A DNA stretch of 58,494 nucleotides, the filler included, from Sphacelaria rigidula (taxonomy: Eukaryota): NCBI GenBank assembly GCA_964200075.2. It is 8 parts of 8 records of this genome, joined end to end, with 100 filler letters (N's around TTAATTAATTAA, not from the genome) between each part and the next. Parts side by side here need not be neighbours in the genome. Positions count along the whole stretch, not along the records: positions 36,623 to 43,846 come from CAXNAA020015884.1; positions 43,947 to 51,170 come from CAXNAA020015885.1; 6 more parts are not named here. The stretch is one strand, 5' to 3'. Positions within the stretch are counted from its first letter, which is position 1. Every line of letters begins with the position of its first letter. A program made the position numbers and the translations under genes. The notes under the pieces were generated by a model, which was not told the origin of the DNA, searched no databases, and worked only from the letters and a program-made list of their open reading frames with translations. This document shows positions 36,968-48,518 of the stretch, one piece after another.

Positions 36968-37077
36968 ATGTGAACAACTTGAACGGATTCGTAGAAGAGG
37001 ACCCTTCGCTTGAGGGCTTGAATCTCTGGCGCATCATGATGACCTCCGATGGGTCCCTCTTCAACAACGCTGCTCAG
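36968..37077 (+). CDS. sodB: Fe-superoxide dismutase, internal exon A (upstream exons not seen on this contig)
   Basis: cag|AT GTG AAC...GCT CAG|gtgaaa encodes (Y)VNNLNGFVEEDPSLEGLNLWRIMMTSDGSLFNNAAQ. FNNAAQ is the Fe-SOD signature. Confidence 0.92.
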
Positions 37078-38276
37078 GTGAAACAGCTTCATGACATCGG
37101 AAGTAAGCAAAATCCATCCCTGATATCGGATGCTTATACTTTTCTCTTGTCGCCCTCACCATACCTCGATCTTTCATCACACAAAAACACGCACGGTTGT
37201 AGGATTGCCGGGTAGTCGAGGAAGTCATGTGGAGTGGCCTCATTCAGATCTATCTGCGCACGTTTGGGACATTTTCAGGTACAACCATGGGTACCACGCG
37301 TCGTGCCCATGGGGCTTGCTTGGCGCTGCCTACATGAAGGAGGATGTGCTGAACGTCGCGTTTCGCCGTTTCCTAGTGAATCTCGTCTCGGAATAGTCGA
37401 CGGCAGTCCCCTGGATAAATGGTTCTCGCATGTGCCTTTTTTGAGGCGTGTAGGTGGAGGTATATTCGAGGACCCGTGAAACCGTAAGGTAGTCAAGGAA
37501 ACGAGGGAGTAGTCGCACTGAGGGAATGAATCCATATGCTCCCGCACGAATAGATGCCCCCGCAGAATACAAGGAGAGTCAAACATAAACTACTGTAGCG
37601 ACTGGTTGGGTTACCCGAGCATGGACGGGAAAAAAATCTTTTGCGAGGCCTTGACCTCCCTACACCATCCTACATGCTGAGGAGCTGCAGACTGTCGAAC
37701 AATGATTGCAGTGAGGTTGACACGAAGGCAACGCATGCTGCGCGCAGTGGAAACTGATGGCAGCAGTTCGACTGTTCTGCCGATTATGTCACCGTTCCCG
37801 CAAGACTACTATGAATCCGCTCCACTTGACCGTAGTTCTGTACCGTCCGGCCCTGACTTCGCTGTAAAAGTATACGTGTCCTGTTCAGCGGATCACCAAG
37901 ACATGCTCCATATGCGCCGAGTACTATCTATCCTGAAATGTAGCAGTAAAGGCTCCTGGAAGTGTTAAGAGGGCCGTTGTTAGCTCACGACACAGCAGCA
38001 CGGATTAGATGACCGAGCGCACACCGCGTTTACTGCGTGGAAAATGACATGTACACGGAGGGACAGTGTCTCAAGCCCCAAAATACGGCCGCAAACTTTG
38101 GCAGAAGCTTATCATACACTAGTTTCGATACGTGGTCCAAAATCCTCCTGTCTTTCTGTGAATGGGCGCGCTGGAAACTATCAGCAGCCCACCCCCTTCC
38201 CCCCCTCGCAGCGATCAGGGATACCACTTCACGTTATCTTTGCTTTTTCTAACGGCTTCCTCTCTAATCGTGACAG

Positions 38277-38471
38277 GTCTGGAACCACAACTTCTACTGG
38301 AAGTCCCTCTCACCAGACGGCGGAGGGCAACCAACTGGCGATCTTCTGAAGGCAATCACCAACTCGTACGGCACCTACGACAACTTCACCGCGGTTTTCG
38401 ATGAGGAAGCGTCGGGGCATTTCGGTTCCGGATGGGCATGGTTGGTCAAGAAGGGTAAAGGCAACGTGGAG
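38277..38471 (+). CDS. sodB: Fe-superoxide dismutase, exon B
   Basis: cag|GTC TGG...GTG GAG|gtgaat, 65 codons: VWNHNFYWKSLSPDGGGQPTGDLLKAITNSYGTYDNFTAVFDEEASGHFGSGWAWLVKKGKGNVE (metal-ligand His in WNH; FGSGWAWL motif). Confidence 0.96.
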
Positions 38472-39304
38472 GTGAATGTGACAGAATAAACCTTATCGAG
38501 AGAACTTCAAAATGTTTTGGTACAGTGGATGAAAACCCTTCCGAGCATGCTTCCCTCTTTTTGCTGTTGTACTGGCGGGCACCCATGGGCTACCGTATGC
38601 CATGCGTCCTGTGTTGTCACTGCGCTGCCGGCGGGTTTAATTCCTCACACCATCGCAAAAAAGTCAAAAAATATTTCGCTCCATATATTACATACCACAC
38701 ACACACATATATATATATATAAATACATGTCACAGAAATGAAGAGGAGGCCAGCCGACTGCGTGCGATCAGGCGGGAGACCAGCGAAGCCCAAATAGCGC
38801 AGCAATGACAACGGTCCCGATGAGGGGTGTCGTTATGTCATGCAGTGCTTGTCTTGATACACCTGGTATGCTTGTACGTACGACTGTCCCTCGAGAGGTC
38901 GGAAGATGGAACCTTACGATTCTTAGTTCTTTGGTTGACGGTATTTGGGGCCTTAAGTCTCGCCTGTAGTCGGACCCTATGTTCATTTCTACTTGGCGTC
39001 GCGCGTCGAGTTGGAAAGCCGGGTGCCACCCCCTGAAGTCCGAATTGCCACCTCCGGCACCGGATCTTCTGAGGTTAGTCATATGTACTCCCTTTCTTCT
39101 TTATTATTTATCCTTGTTTAGCTTGTATCGCATTTTTTTATTTTTAATCTGGGTCTACTTTGTTTTTTGTTTTTTTTGCTAGCCTGTGACCACGGAAGGC
39201 GTCCGCATCAGATGCCCATTACGAATGTACCGCACAGATATCGGAACGGTTTGTGAAGACAACAACAACAAGAACAACAAGAACAACAATTATATATCAA
39301 GGAT

Positions 39305-39680
39305 GAGAAGCAAATGTACAAACCCCGCGAAGCCCACCAGACGTTTCGGATTTTGTCAACGTTCATTCATGAATTTCTTGCAACAAAGTTGACAGAAAAA
39401 TATCCAAAAAAACTCGGGACAATTTATAATGAAAGAAAATGCCCTTCGGCATTTGAGGTCATCGGGACAGAGCGGGCAAGGAGCAGAAGCAGATATACGA
39501 ACCCCGCAAAGCCCACCAAAATTTTTGTCTTCTGTCATTGTTCATTGATCAACTTCTTGCAACAAAATCAACAGAAGAAATCAAAACTCTGTTCATTGAC
39601 CTATTTCTTGCGACAAAATTGATGAGGAAGAAAAAAATCATGACAATATCCGAAAAAATATCCTCCGGGGGGAGCGGGGG
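39305..39680. repeat. Tandem copies of the 33000/34400 repeat family within a SOD intron
   Basis: AGAAGCA.AT.TAC.AACCCCGC.AAGCCCACCA...TTTGTC duplicated ~180 bp apart. Confidence 0.7.
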
Positions 39681-41074
39681 GGCGGGTCTACATGTCTAAA
39701 AAATTCTCCGTGTTGCCCCCTGGCTGCCAATGGTGGCGATGAAAATATATAGTGTACCCTTCACGTGTTTATTTGACGGTGGAACCACGGCGTACTCACT
39801 TGTTGCGCCCCCTCCCCTTCTCCTACTGCCTGCCCCTCATGGAGGGAGAGGGGGGGGAAACCCCCTGATCGATGCATGATGGCGATAGTAGTTGCTATAC
39901 TACACCGCACATGCATGTCGGCAGCGCTCACCTGCGCATGGTATACCGAAACGGCAGGTGGTCGGGGTACGTCGAAGCATGTAGAGAAGAACATGTCCGC
40001 AGAGGCAGGGAGTGGCGATCGAATCGTTGGGGGTACCGGCGCTGGACATGTACCGTAGATTCCACAAGTGTTGCAAGGGGTGGACGTGGGTTGGGCGCGC
40101 ACCTCCGGCGCCCAGCAGTTTGCATGGATCTGCCCTTGCGGGCATAACGTCGGAAGCGGGGACACTCCATTATTGGCAGACACTATGTTTGCAACTTGTT
40201 TGGAATTGACCGACCCAAAATTGATCTCCTCGTAGGTTTCATTTGGGAAGCTGCCACTAGCTCTGTGTTGGATACTCCTTTTGGCCACACCAAGTCCACA
40301 ACGTTCCCCCTTGCAACCTCTCCCTGTCTTGTGTCGCAGTGCAGTGATGATGGTGACATGTAGATACAATACGCGTTGTATGAACATGGCTGTATGCCCG
40401 AGCGCCGGCTTGGTAAGTGATCATGTACAATTCACACGTTGTACATGTCTATGATATCAGAACATTTTTATGCCGGCTGCTAACACCGCGCAGTCAAGTT
40501 ACAGGTTTACATTTCAGTCGCTCAGTAGTAGCACAGAACTACTCGTCGTACACCGCCCTCCCCAGCATAGCGGCCGTAGCACTGCGATGGTGCCAGGTCG
40601 GCAGCCACCGGTCTCGTCAAAGACAGCGCGACTCAATGGTCACCATCCAGTGATCACCGGGACTCAAAGGTCATTATCCAGCCGGCCATTTTTTCTCCCC
40701 GATGGCCACAAGTACAACTGACACACCAAAACCCCTCGGGTTTGGGTCGAAATGATCATTCAATTCCGTACACTGGTGAAGATTCGGGAAAAATGAGTTT
40801 TTTGCGAAAGTGATATGGTGGGGGGGGGCAGGGGCGGAGGGCGTCATTTCCTGATATTGGGCCCCTCGTTTGCTTCCCTTGGAAAACAATCGTGGTTTCG
40901 GTTCTGGAAGATGCTTCAATGATGTAATTTTTGTTTGCAATATCTTGCAAACGAGATACTACTGCATCGCCCTTACCCCCCCCCTGTTTCATCTGCACGT
41001 GTCTTGTCCGCCTGCACTTCGATTGTCCACCACAAAACGTGCGGTCTATTTTTCGACGTGCGCATATTCTTCAG

Positions 41075-41143
41075 GTGGTTTCCACTCACGACGCTTCGAA
41101 CCCTGTGGTGGAGAACTCTGGCAAGCCGCTTCTCGTGTGCGAC
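41075..41143 (+). CDS. sodB: Fe-superoxide dismutase, exon C
   Basis: cag|GTG GTT...TGC GAC|gtgagt encodes VVSTHDASNPVVENSGKPLLVCD, ending on the metal-ligand Asp. Phase 0-0. Confidence 0.93.
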
Positions 41144-42844
41144 GTGAGTAGACATGTTGCTGTTCGGTGGATTTACCAAAAACTATAGTAGTTCATCATT
41201 GAGAAAAAGCGTCTTGAAATATAATTCACGCTGTCGACCGCTGCTACCATCGCCAGTAGGCACTACTTACTGTATGTCGACGACTGTGTTCAAGAGGCTC
41301 TCGAAACGTCAGTAACGCTTACTCGAACGGGTCGAGCATATCCGCGGTTGAACAAATACATGGTTTCAGTATGCACAACTACATTGGGATATTTCGAGGA
41401 CTGGCGGTCCCGCTTGCCCGCACAACGTGAGCGGGACGTGTTCTGACTCTAATCGGCGACTTCGTCGCCGATGACGCACGCACACTTTGCCTAGGACATC
41501 GTATATATCCCCTCTTGTCCGATGATTGCCGGTATGCCTTAGATCGGTGTCAGTTTGGGTTAGCTTTCGGGTTTTCGACAAAACCAAAATATGTTCAACC
41601 GCAGGATTGTCTTCGACCAGTTCGCTTGCACGTACCTCCCCAAAGGAGGTGAATACGGTAAACGGCTGCGGGGATGCTCAGAAGTCCGCCGAAAACCGAA
41701 TGTTCAGATTTTCTCAGCATTCTGGGGAAGAGTTCGTAGTTCAACGCAGCACCGAAGTTTGGTAACTTTCCGAAGGCCATTTGGCCACCACGCTTAGAGA
41801 AACACGTTCATCCACGACTTACAGAGGTGATGAACAGAACATCAGATTTTATTCACGATGACGACCAGCTTGTTGCCGCTGTAGCTAAAGGGTGAGTAAA
41901 ACATATTCCAGGCCCGGCACCACACCCCTTCACACCTTTTCACGAAATCAGGTGTTGAGTAATGATTCACTTGCGGACTTGCTTTTGCTGAAACCAACAG
42001 CCGTCATCTTCTCTCAATTTTGTCCCATGGCAGGTTCGAGTCATGACTTGAAACCTCTCGCACATATGTGCACAGTCACGATACACACAATTTATACTAG
42101 TCAACTTCGGGGCTTCTACAAATGAGAACATGAGCAGGCATTGGGAAACATGGGAGGCCACTTCATGTGATGGGAATGGGATGTTCCCTCTTGCGTTGCT
42201 CGAGTCTCGGAGCATGTAATAACTTTCTTCGTCGCACAATTAGAAAGTACCGGGCGGGACATGTTTCGGGCACTTGCCTCTGTAGGGTTTGAGCAAAAGA
42301 CTCTCTGAAAGCCACATTCGAACAATCTACTAACGTTGACAAATAATTCCTGTATCGTAAATCGCGGTGAATAATTGCCGCAGATGAAACGTTTTTTTTC
42401 AACCTCGACATTCTTGTGTACGGGAGGCAGGCGGAGAAGGGGTAGAGGAAGGAGGGAAAAGGGAGTGCAGCGCGGCATGGCGGCGTGAATCGTCTCTGTA
42501 TGAGTCATCTTCCAACGACATGAATTTCAATGCCGTGGATGCCGTAATCCCTTGCAGGAATTTCTGTATGGAAATCTAGTCACGGGGGGAGTGTCAACAC
42601 GGTAGTGAGATAGATCTAGGGGTAAGCATCCACCACAAGGGTTGCAACCATTGTTTCCCCTGCTGTGCAGCTTGTCGCTTGACTTCCAGGACACGAGTCG
42701 AATCAATACCGTATGTGCAGGAGGCTGACGTCTCGTAGGTAGCAATAGCCCAGCCACCTTATTTTCCGCTCTGCTCCCTCCGCCGTCGATCTAACGGTTC
42801 TCGCAATTTGCGCTCGGCGGTGTTGTCTCCCCGCATCGCGACAG

Positions 42845-42899
42845 GTCTGGGAGCATGCGTACTATATCGACCAGCGCAATGGCAGGGGTGATTACATCG
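42845..42899 (+). CDS. sodB: Fe-superoxide dismutase, exon D (final exon not seen)
   Basis: cag|GTC TGG GAG CAT GCG TAC TAT...ATC G|gtgagt encodes VWEHAYYIDQRNGRGDYI, completing the DxWEHAYY Fe/Mn-SOD signature. Confidence 0.95.
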
Positions 42900-43381
42900 G
42901 TGAGTCGAGCACCATCTCGTGTCGGTGTAACAGCACCGTATGGCTCGGTGGACTTTAATGCTGACTTCTTGCTTGATGAATCCGCTTCCAGTTCGAGAAA
43001 AGTGAAGGTGTACCCAAACGACGTGCAGTGACGTTCTTGAAATCGTTTGTTTTCCCCTTCGAATTGAGATACCGGGAAAGATGGATAAGTGGCGAGAAAA
43101 AACTATGTTGGTTGAATCTGCACGTATTGCAGCGGCACTCTGGGTTCACACTTTTATTATCGGCACCTCAACATCTCAACAGATTTCTGTCCTCTGAAAC
43201 AGTGAAAAGTCGGCCTTTTACTCTCACTCGACAAATATGACGGGAAAATTATGAGGGCATTATAGAGAAAACTGCGCCAGCTTTCTCTCGATCAAGAATT
43301 CGCTTTCGAAAAAAAACATACGTTTGCAGTTAATTCGTCTCGTAAAGACTGTCGCAAAGACATACAGTACTTGTAATTTTT

Positions 43382-43717
43382 CAGAGGGTTACGCCTTACA
43401 CGTGACGCTGCAACGTGACACATTCGAAAAAACGTAACTTCGGATCCTTTAGCGCTGCGTAAGGTTTAATTAGTACCACTTGTTTTCGTGAATTTGTAAC
43501 GTGTCACGTGTCACGTTACAAATTCACAAAAACAGCATTTTTTTCACATCTGGAAAATCGCAAGAGACACTGCTTCAATGTCCACACGTTACATCACGTT
43601 ACGTTACATTAGTTCCGTCCAAAAAGTCAAGCCTTACGTAGAGTTAAATGGCCCAAAGTTATGTTTTTTTTCCCCCTTTTTTTCAAATGTGTCACGTGTG
43701 TGACGTGTATATCCCTG
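43382..43717. mobile_element. Probable decayed MITE rich in CACGT/ACGTG motifs
   Basis: Imperfect inverted ends CAG.GG...CACGTGAC..ACATT.GAAAAAA / TTTTTTCAAATGTGTCACGTG...CCCTG, plus an internal hairpin TTTTCGTGAATTTGTAACGTG...CACGTTACAAATTCACAAAAA. Confidence 0.5.
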
Positions 43718-44304
43718 TTTTTACCACCGAAACGTTTATCACCCCCGCGGGATGACCCTTTCTACGGTAGCCCCCCCCCCCCCCCCCCCCCCCCCACCCC
43801 GCCCGCGGGCGCCGCGCCACTTCTAGTAACATTCGCACACGACGAANNNNNNNNNNNNNNNNNNNNNNNNNNNNNNNNNNNNNNNNNNNNTTAATTAATT
43901 AANNNNNNNNNNNNNNNNNNNNNNNNNNNNNNNNNNNNNNNNNNNNAAAACCAGGGGGCCGGCGTTCACCGATTCTGCAAGAACCGAGTTCAAGCCGGAT
44001 GTAAAGAGGCATGTTAATGTAACCGTCTGCGTACGGGCTCAAACATCCCCCCCCCTGACTGCGGCACATTGCCGGTTCTCGCAGCCAGCCCTCTGAGACT
44101 TTTCCATCAGATTAGATGGGCCCATCATTGTACTGCCCTTCCTCCATGTATGCCGCGATCCATAACACCCCCTCTCAGGCCTAGGGTTGACAAACCCCGG
44201 GGCTGAACGTGGTTCGACGATGGATCGCCGCGTTACCACCTTCCTCGTACTCGAGTATTCGGCGTTCGTGTCGTGTAGTCGTCGATCTTAGTCCGTTTCC
44301 TGAG

Positions 44305-44890
44305 TTGGACCACGTACGGAATTTAAACACCGTGCAGAACAATCTCAAACAGTCTCGGCAACTCCCGCTCTTGTAGATCTCTCTGCCGGGTTAGACCACG
44401 TAGGATACTTTCTACGATAGCCCCCCCCCAAAACCAGCTAACATTGTCACGAAAAAAATTGCCATACAGCGCCTGATGTTTGGTTTCAGGCTGCATGAAG
44501 CGCCTCATATTAGCGACATTGTCTAGAACAAACCCAGGCGTGGGAATTCCCAGCTTCTCATTGTGCTCGGCTTTTCCCATTCCGATTTACGTGAATAGTT
44601 TGCCTCCCAAAACCATGCACGTTTGGGGGGGGGCTATCGTAGAAAGTGTCGTAGGGAATTTGAACACCGTACAGAAACGATCCCATCCAGTTCGGAGAAG
44701 TTCTTGACCTGTTGACCCCTCTGCTGGGTTAGACCACGCAGGGAATTTGAACACCGCACAGAAACGATCCCATCCAGTCCGGAGAAGTCCTTGATTTTTT
44801 TGACCGCTCTGCCGGGTTAGACCGCGCAGGGAATTTGAACACCGTACAGAAACGATCCCATCCAATCCGGAGAAGTCCTTGATCTTGTTA
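44305..44890. repeat. ~87-bp tandem repeat x4
   Basis: GAATTT(G/A)AACACCG at ~44320, 44657, 44744 and 44831. The first unit is interrupted by the MITE. Confidence 0.85.
44404..44650. mobile_element. MITE with ~27-bp TIRs and 4-bp TSD (GTAG)
   Basis: GATACTTTCTACGATAGCCCCCCCCCAAA / TTTGGGGGGGGGCTATCGTAGAAAGTGTC flanked by GTAG on both sides. Neighbouring 87-bp repeat units show the empty site AGACCACGCAGGGAATTTG. Confidence 0.8.
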
Positions 44891-45324
44891 ACCGCTCCGG
44901 GCTGTCCGTAAACCGTTTGCGGATCTTGGTACATCGGGGAATCTACCGCGCAATTGAGCCCCTTCCTGTTTGAGATGGTGTGTCAGATGGACGTGGCCTG
45001 GTCTGCGGTTGATATAATTCCCACAAGGCATGAAATACATCCAACTGTACCGCAGTGTATTGCAATCTCCATGATTTAAGAGTCACGAGGGCGGTGTCTG
45101 GAAGGAACATTCTCAGTCATCCACGGCGTGAGAAACGATGGAACCGGTAACATGAATAGCAGCGCTTCGCCAGTATAACGATAGCGAACAAGACAAATAA
45201 AGGGGAAGGAGAACAAAGGGAGCAGCAATATAATCGGACAAAACAGGTTCACGCGTGGGCATTTGGCCAAGGTATCGCGTGTCGGGGACAGCCGGGTATA
45301 AATTCATGGACTCCCAAGGAACTT

Positions 45325-45718
45325 CTGACTCCATGTCAACCTGTTCGAACAGCATGGGAAACTCCTGGCCGCTTCTCAACCTGTTCGGACAGCATGGGAA
45401 TTCCTGGATGCCTGTCAACCTGTTTGCACGCACAAGGGAAACTCCTGGCCCCCTATCAACCTGTTCGGACAGCATAGGAATTCCTGGCTCCCTGTCAATC
45501 TGTTCGAAACCATTTGGGAAATCCTGGATCTCTGTCAACCTGTTCGCGCGCACAAGGGAAACTCCTGGCCCCCTGTCAACCTGTTCGAAAACATATGGGA
45601 AGTCCTGGCTCCCTGTCAACCTGTTCGAAAACATTTGGGAAGTCCTGAATCTCTGTCAACCTGTTCGCGCGCACAAGGGAAACTCCTGGCCCCCTGTCAA
45701 CCTGTTCGAAAACACATG
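45325..45718. repeat. ~40-bp minisatellite x10 with 120-bp higher-order period
   Basis: TCAACCTGTTCG every ~40 bp. The GCACAAGGGAAACTCC variant recurs at ~45430, 45550 and 45671. Confidence 0.9.
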
Positions 45719-45834
45719 GTCTTGACATCTTGAGCTTTCTCGCTCGCCCATTTTCCTGTATGCAATCAAATCCTCCTCGTTTGCTGTATGGTGCAAGTAT
45801 ATATATATATATATATATATATATGGTTCATACA

Positions 45835-46380
45835 ACTTTCTCGTTCATCCATTCGATGCCCGGCTTGTGTGTTAGCAACTTGCATAGTCTCCGCTGTAAA
45901 CACACGAGTCGTCCATTACAAGCCAACAACTTTCGTCGGATTATTTCCGGCGTAAATCTCGGCGAAGGAATGTACGAGACTCATGGACTCTCAAGACCAA
46001 AATAATGTAGTCCTGTGACCCACCGCTGCGGGTAACCTTTCGTTCATCCATTCGATGTCCGACTTGTATGTCGGCAACTTGCATAGTCTCCACGATAAAC
46101 ACACGAGTCGTTCATTACAAGCCAACAACTTTCATCAGATTAGTTCTGGTGTAAATCTTGGCAAAGGAATGTGTGGAACCCATGGACTCTCAAGACCAGA
46201 AGAAAGCAGCCCTGCCCCCGGCACGGTCATAGCGCGCAGACAAGTAGACGGTCATCTTCGAATTGATTGTCGGAGCACGCGCATGTTGACGGTCATCTTT
46301 GAATGGATTGTCAGAGCGTGCACAAGTAGACGGTCATCTTCTAATTGATTGTCGGAGTGTGCACGAGTATAGACGGTCAA
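45835..46380. repeat. ~200-bp tandem duplication followed by ~40-bp tandem units
   Basis: 45836-46000 aligns with 46037-46200. GACGGTCATCTT..AAT.GATTGTC.GAG occurs x3-4 at 46245-46380. Confidence 0.8.
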
Positions 46381-46787
46381 CGGGAACTGACGGAGCATCC
46401 GCCTGGTGGCCTCATGCAAACACATTAGCATGCAGCTTCACTCATAGCCGCTCAATCGTTTTGGATCTGGGTTGATTGTCACACTCATGAGTAGCTACAT
46501 AGAAATCGGCAGGCGGGCACCAACAATATTTTTGACGAGCAACTGCTGCAGGCTTCATGCAGTCCTGTGACCCACCGCTGCGGGTAATGTTAATCAAATA
46601 CTGGTATGTTCAACAGTGCACCTGGACACACCGACGCACGTATTCGCAGTCGAAATGTAAACTAGAAGTATATGGTTGGGTTTGATGCCTTAGAATCGAA
46701 ACAACTTCACATAACTCTCCATTCGTTTTACGCATGCATGGCTCGCATATACTCTTTGAAGATATCTACCAAGGGCGCAAACGATCA

Positions 46788-47530
46788 AACAGGGGGACCG
46801 CGTAGAAATTTCATCCATTTTCCATGACAAAATGGCATTTCGAGCATTAATGATTTGCCCCCCCTGACCAGGGGGTAGGGTGAATACCCCATGTTTCGTT
46901 CATTCAAGCCTCGCAATTTATGTTCACGGCCAATCGGTACCGTGCCTTGTTGCATGTATGCAGACAGTATGGCATTACGGTTAGACAAACAGATTTCCAT
47001 GCATTAGTGGACGACAGCATAACAATGTCATTCTCTATCAGTTGTATACACGGTCATGTACGAGGTGCGGTTATTAGGTGCACACGGAAACAATCACCCA
47101 TATATTGAAAGTCGTGAAGTAAAGCCAAAGCACATGATTGGGTCTGATTTCTTCAATATCGGAGCAGACATCACATAGCCCCGAAGTTCTCAATCATGTA
47201 TGACTCGCCCATACCCTTTGGAGCTATCCACCAAGTGTAGACCTATCAATCAGGGGGAGCCACGTTGAAGTGACATTCAATTTCCATGACAATGACACAC
47301 ATTTAATGCATCAATGATGTGCTCCCCCCCTGACCGGGGCAGGGTAAATACCCCATGTTGATTCAAGCTTCGCAATTTCCGTTCACGACGAATCGGCTCA
47401 CATGGTTTCGTGCCTTGTAGCATGTATGCACAACCAGCATGGTATTATGGTCACACAAGCAGTTTCGTAAATATGCGAAGCATAGAGTAAAATGGCATTC
47501 TTTCGCCGTTGCATACGTGGCCATGCATGA
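46788..47530. repeat. Diverged ~280-bp direct duplication
   Basis: TTTCCATGACAA...CCCCCCTGACC.GGGG.AGGGT.AATACCCCATGTT...TTCAAGC.TCGCAATTT at ~46820-47060 and ~47280-47530. Confidence 0.75.
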
Positions 47531-48373
47531 AATTCTCTTGCGAGTGGTTCGCGTTCCTAAAAGTATATGCTGTACTCGTTACTAGTTGTAGCCGACACCA
47601 TCTCGATAGCTCCTGTGTATCTTTTCCGCAGGCAGTTCGTTAACTCCCATCTGCTGGTTGATATCGTGTTCAGTAGTTTCACTCAGGCAACACGGCCATC
47701 ACTACCTCGTGCGTCCCCACAGTATATAGTCTCGAATAGACAGTACACGGCAGAGGTTCTTCCGCATGCATATTCTGGCATTTGAGATTCGACGGTGATT
47801 CGGAGCAGTTTTCCTCCAAAGACAGTAAAAGCGCATTACTCATGAAGGGTTAGAATGAGTACACCGTTGGGGCTGTAAGGGGGAGATATTGCAGACCGTA
47901 TACAATCAATCCAGTCATCTTGTACAACCATAGTGTAATAGCAATCATAAATCAATCAGGCGGTAGCAAGCAGTAGTACAGACAGTAGTTCACAATACTG
48001 TATAGCGTCTTCATACTCACAACGACAGGGCGGCGTAAAGGCACATCTGCGCAGTTTATAGAGGAGCATCGTTTATTTCATTCACATGACGGGGTGTAAA
48101 GATTCATCGCTTCAACGTTTTCCTAGCCATGTGTGAAAGATTTTACCTGCCACGGCGTATAAAGCAAGCATAGCATAGTATGGTCTTTTACGTGGTCGCA
48201 GGTGATACCCCCCCTAGCTTCATGTAACATCATGTTTCCCCATGTACACCTTTGTGCGTTTCACTCACTATCTGTTTGGTGGTCTGCCTCTCGGTTACAA
48301 CGTGTCAAGGCAAAAGCAAGGTTGGATAGCAGCAGACCGATGGCAGTACTCGGGGCGGGGGATTGCACTTTAA

Positions 48374-48518
48374 CCCTTTGGGGACTCAAGTGCTAATTCT
48401 TGTTTTGTGAATCTTTGTGAATCGGCATCATTTGGNNNNNNNNNNGAAAATGACTGAAAATGATGCCGATTCACCAAAACAAAAATCAGCACTCCCTGGG
48501 GGTCTAGTTCCCAAAGGG
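48374..48518. mobile_element. piggyBac-type MITE (contains a 10-N gap)
   Basis: TTAA|CCCTTTGGG ... CCCAAAGGG|TTAA, with internal inverted GTGAATCGGCATCATTT / AAATGATGCCGATTCAC. Confidence 0.8.

Noticed and set aside
45325..45718. CRISPR-like array (conserved TCAACCTGTTCG every ~40 bp)
   Set aside because: The intervening sequences are homologous to each other and cycle with a 120-bp period; no unique spacers, no cas genes, eukaryotic context.
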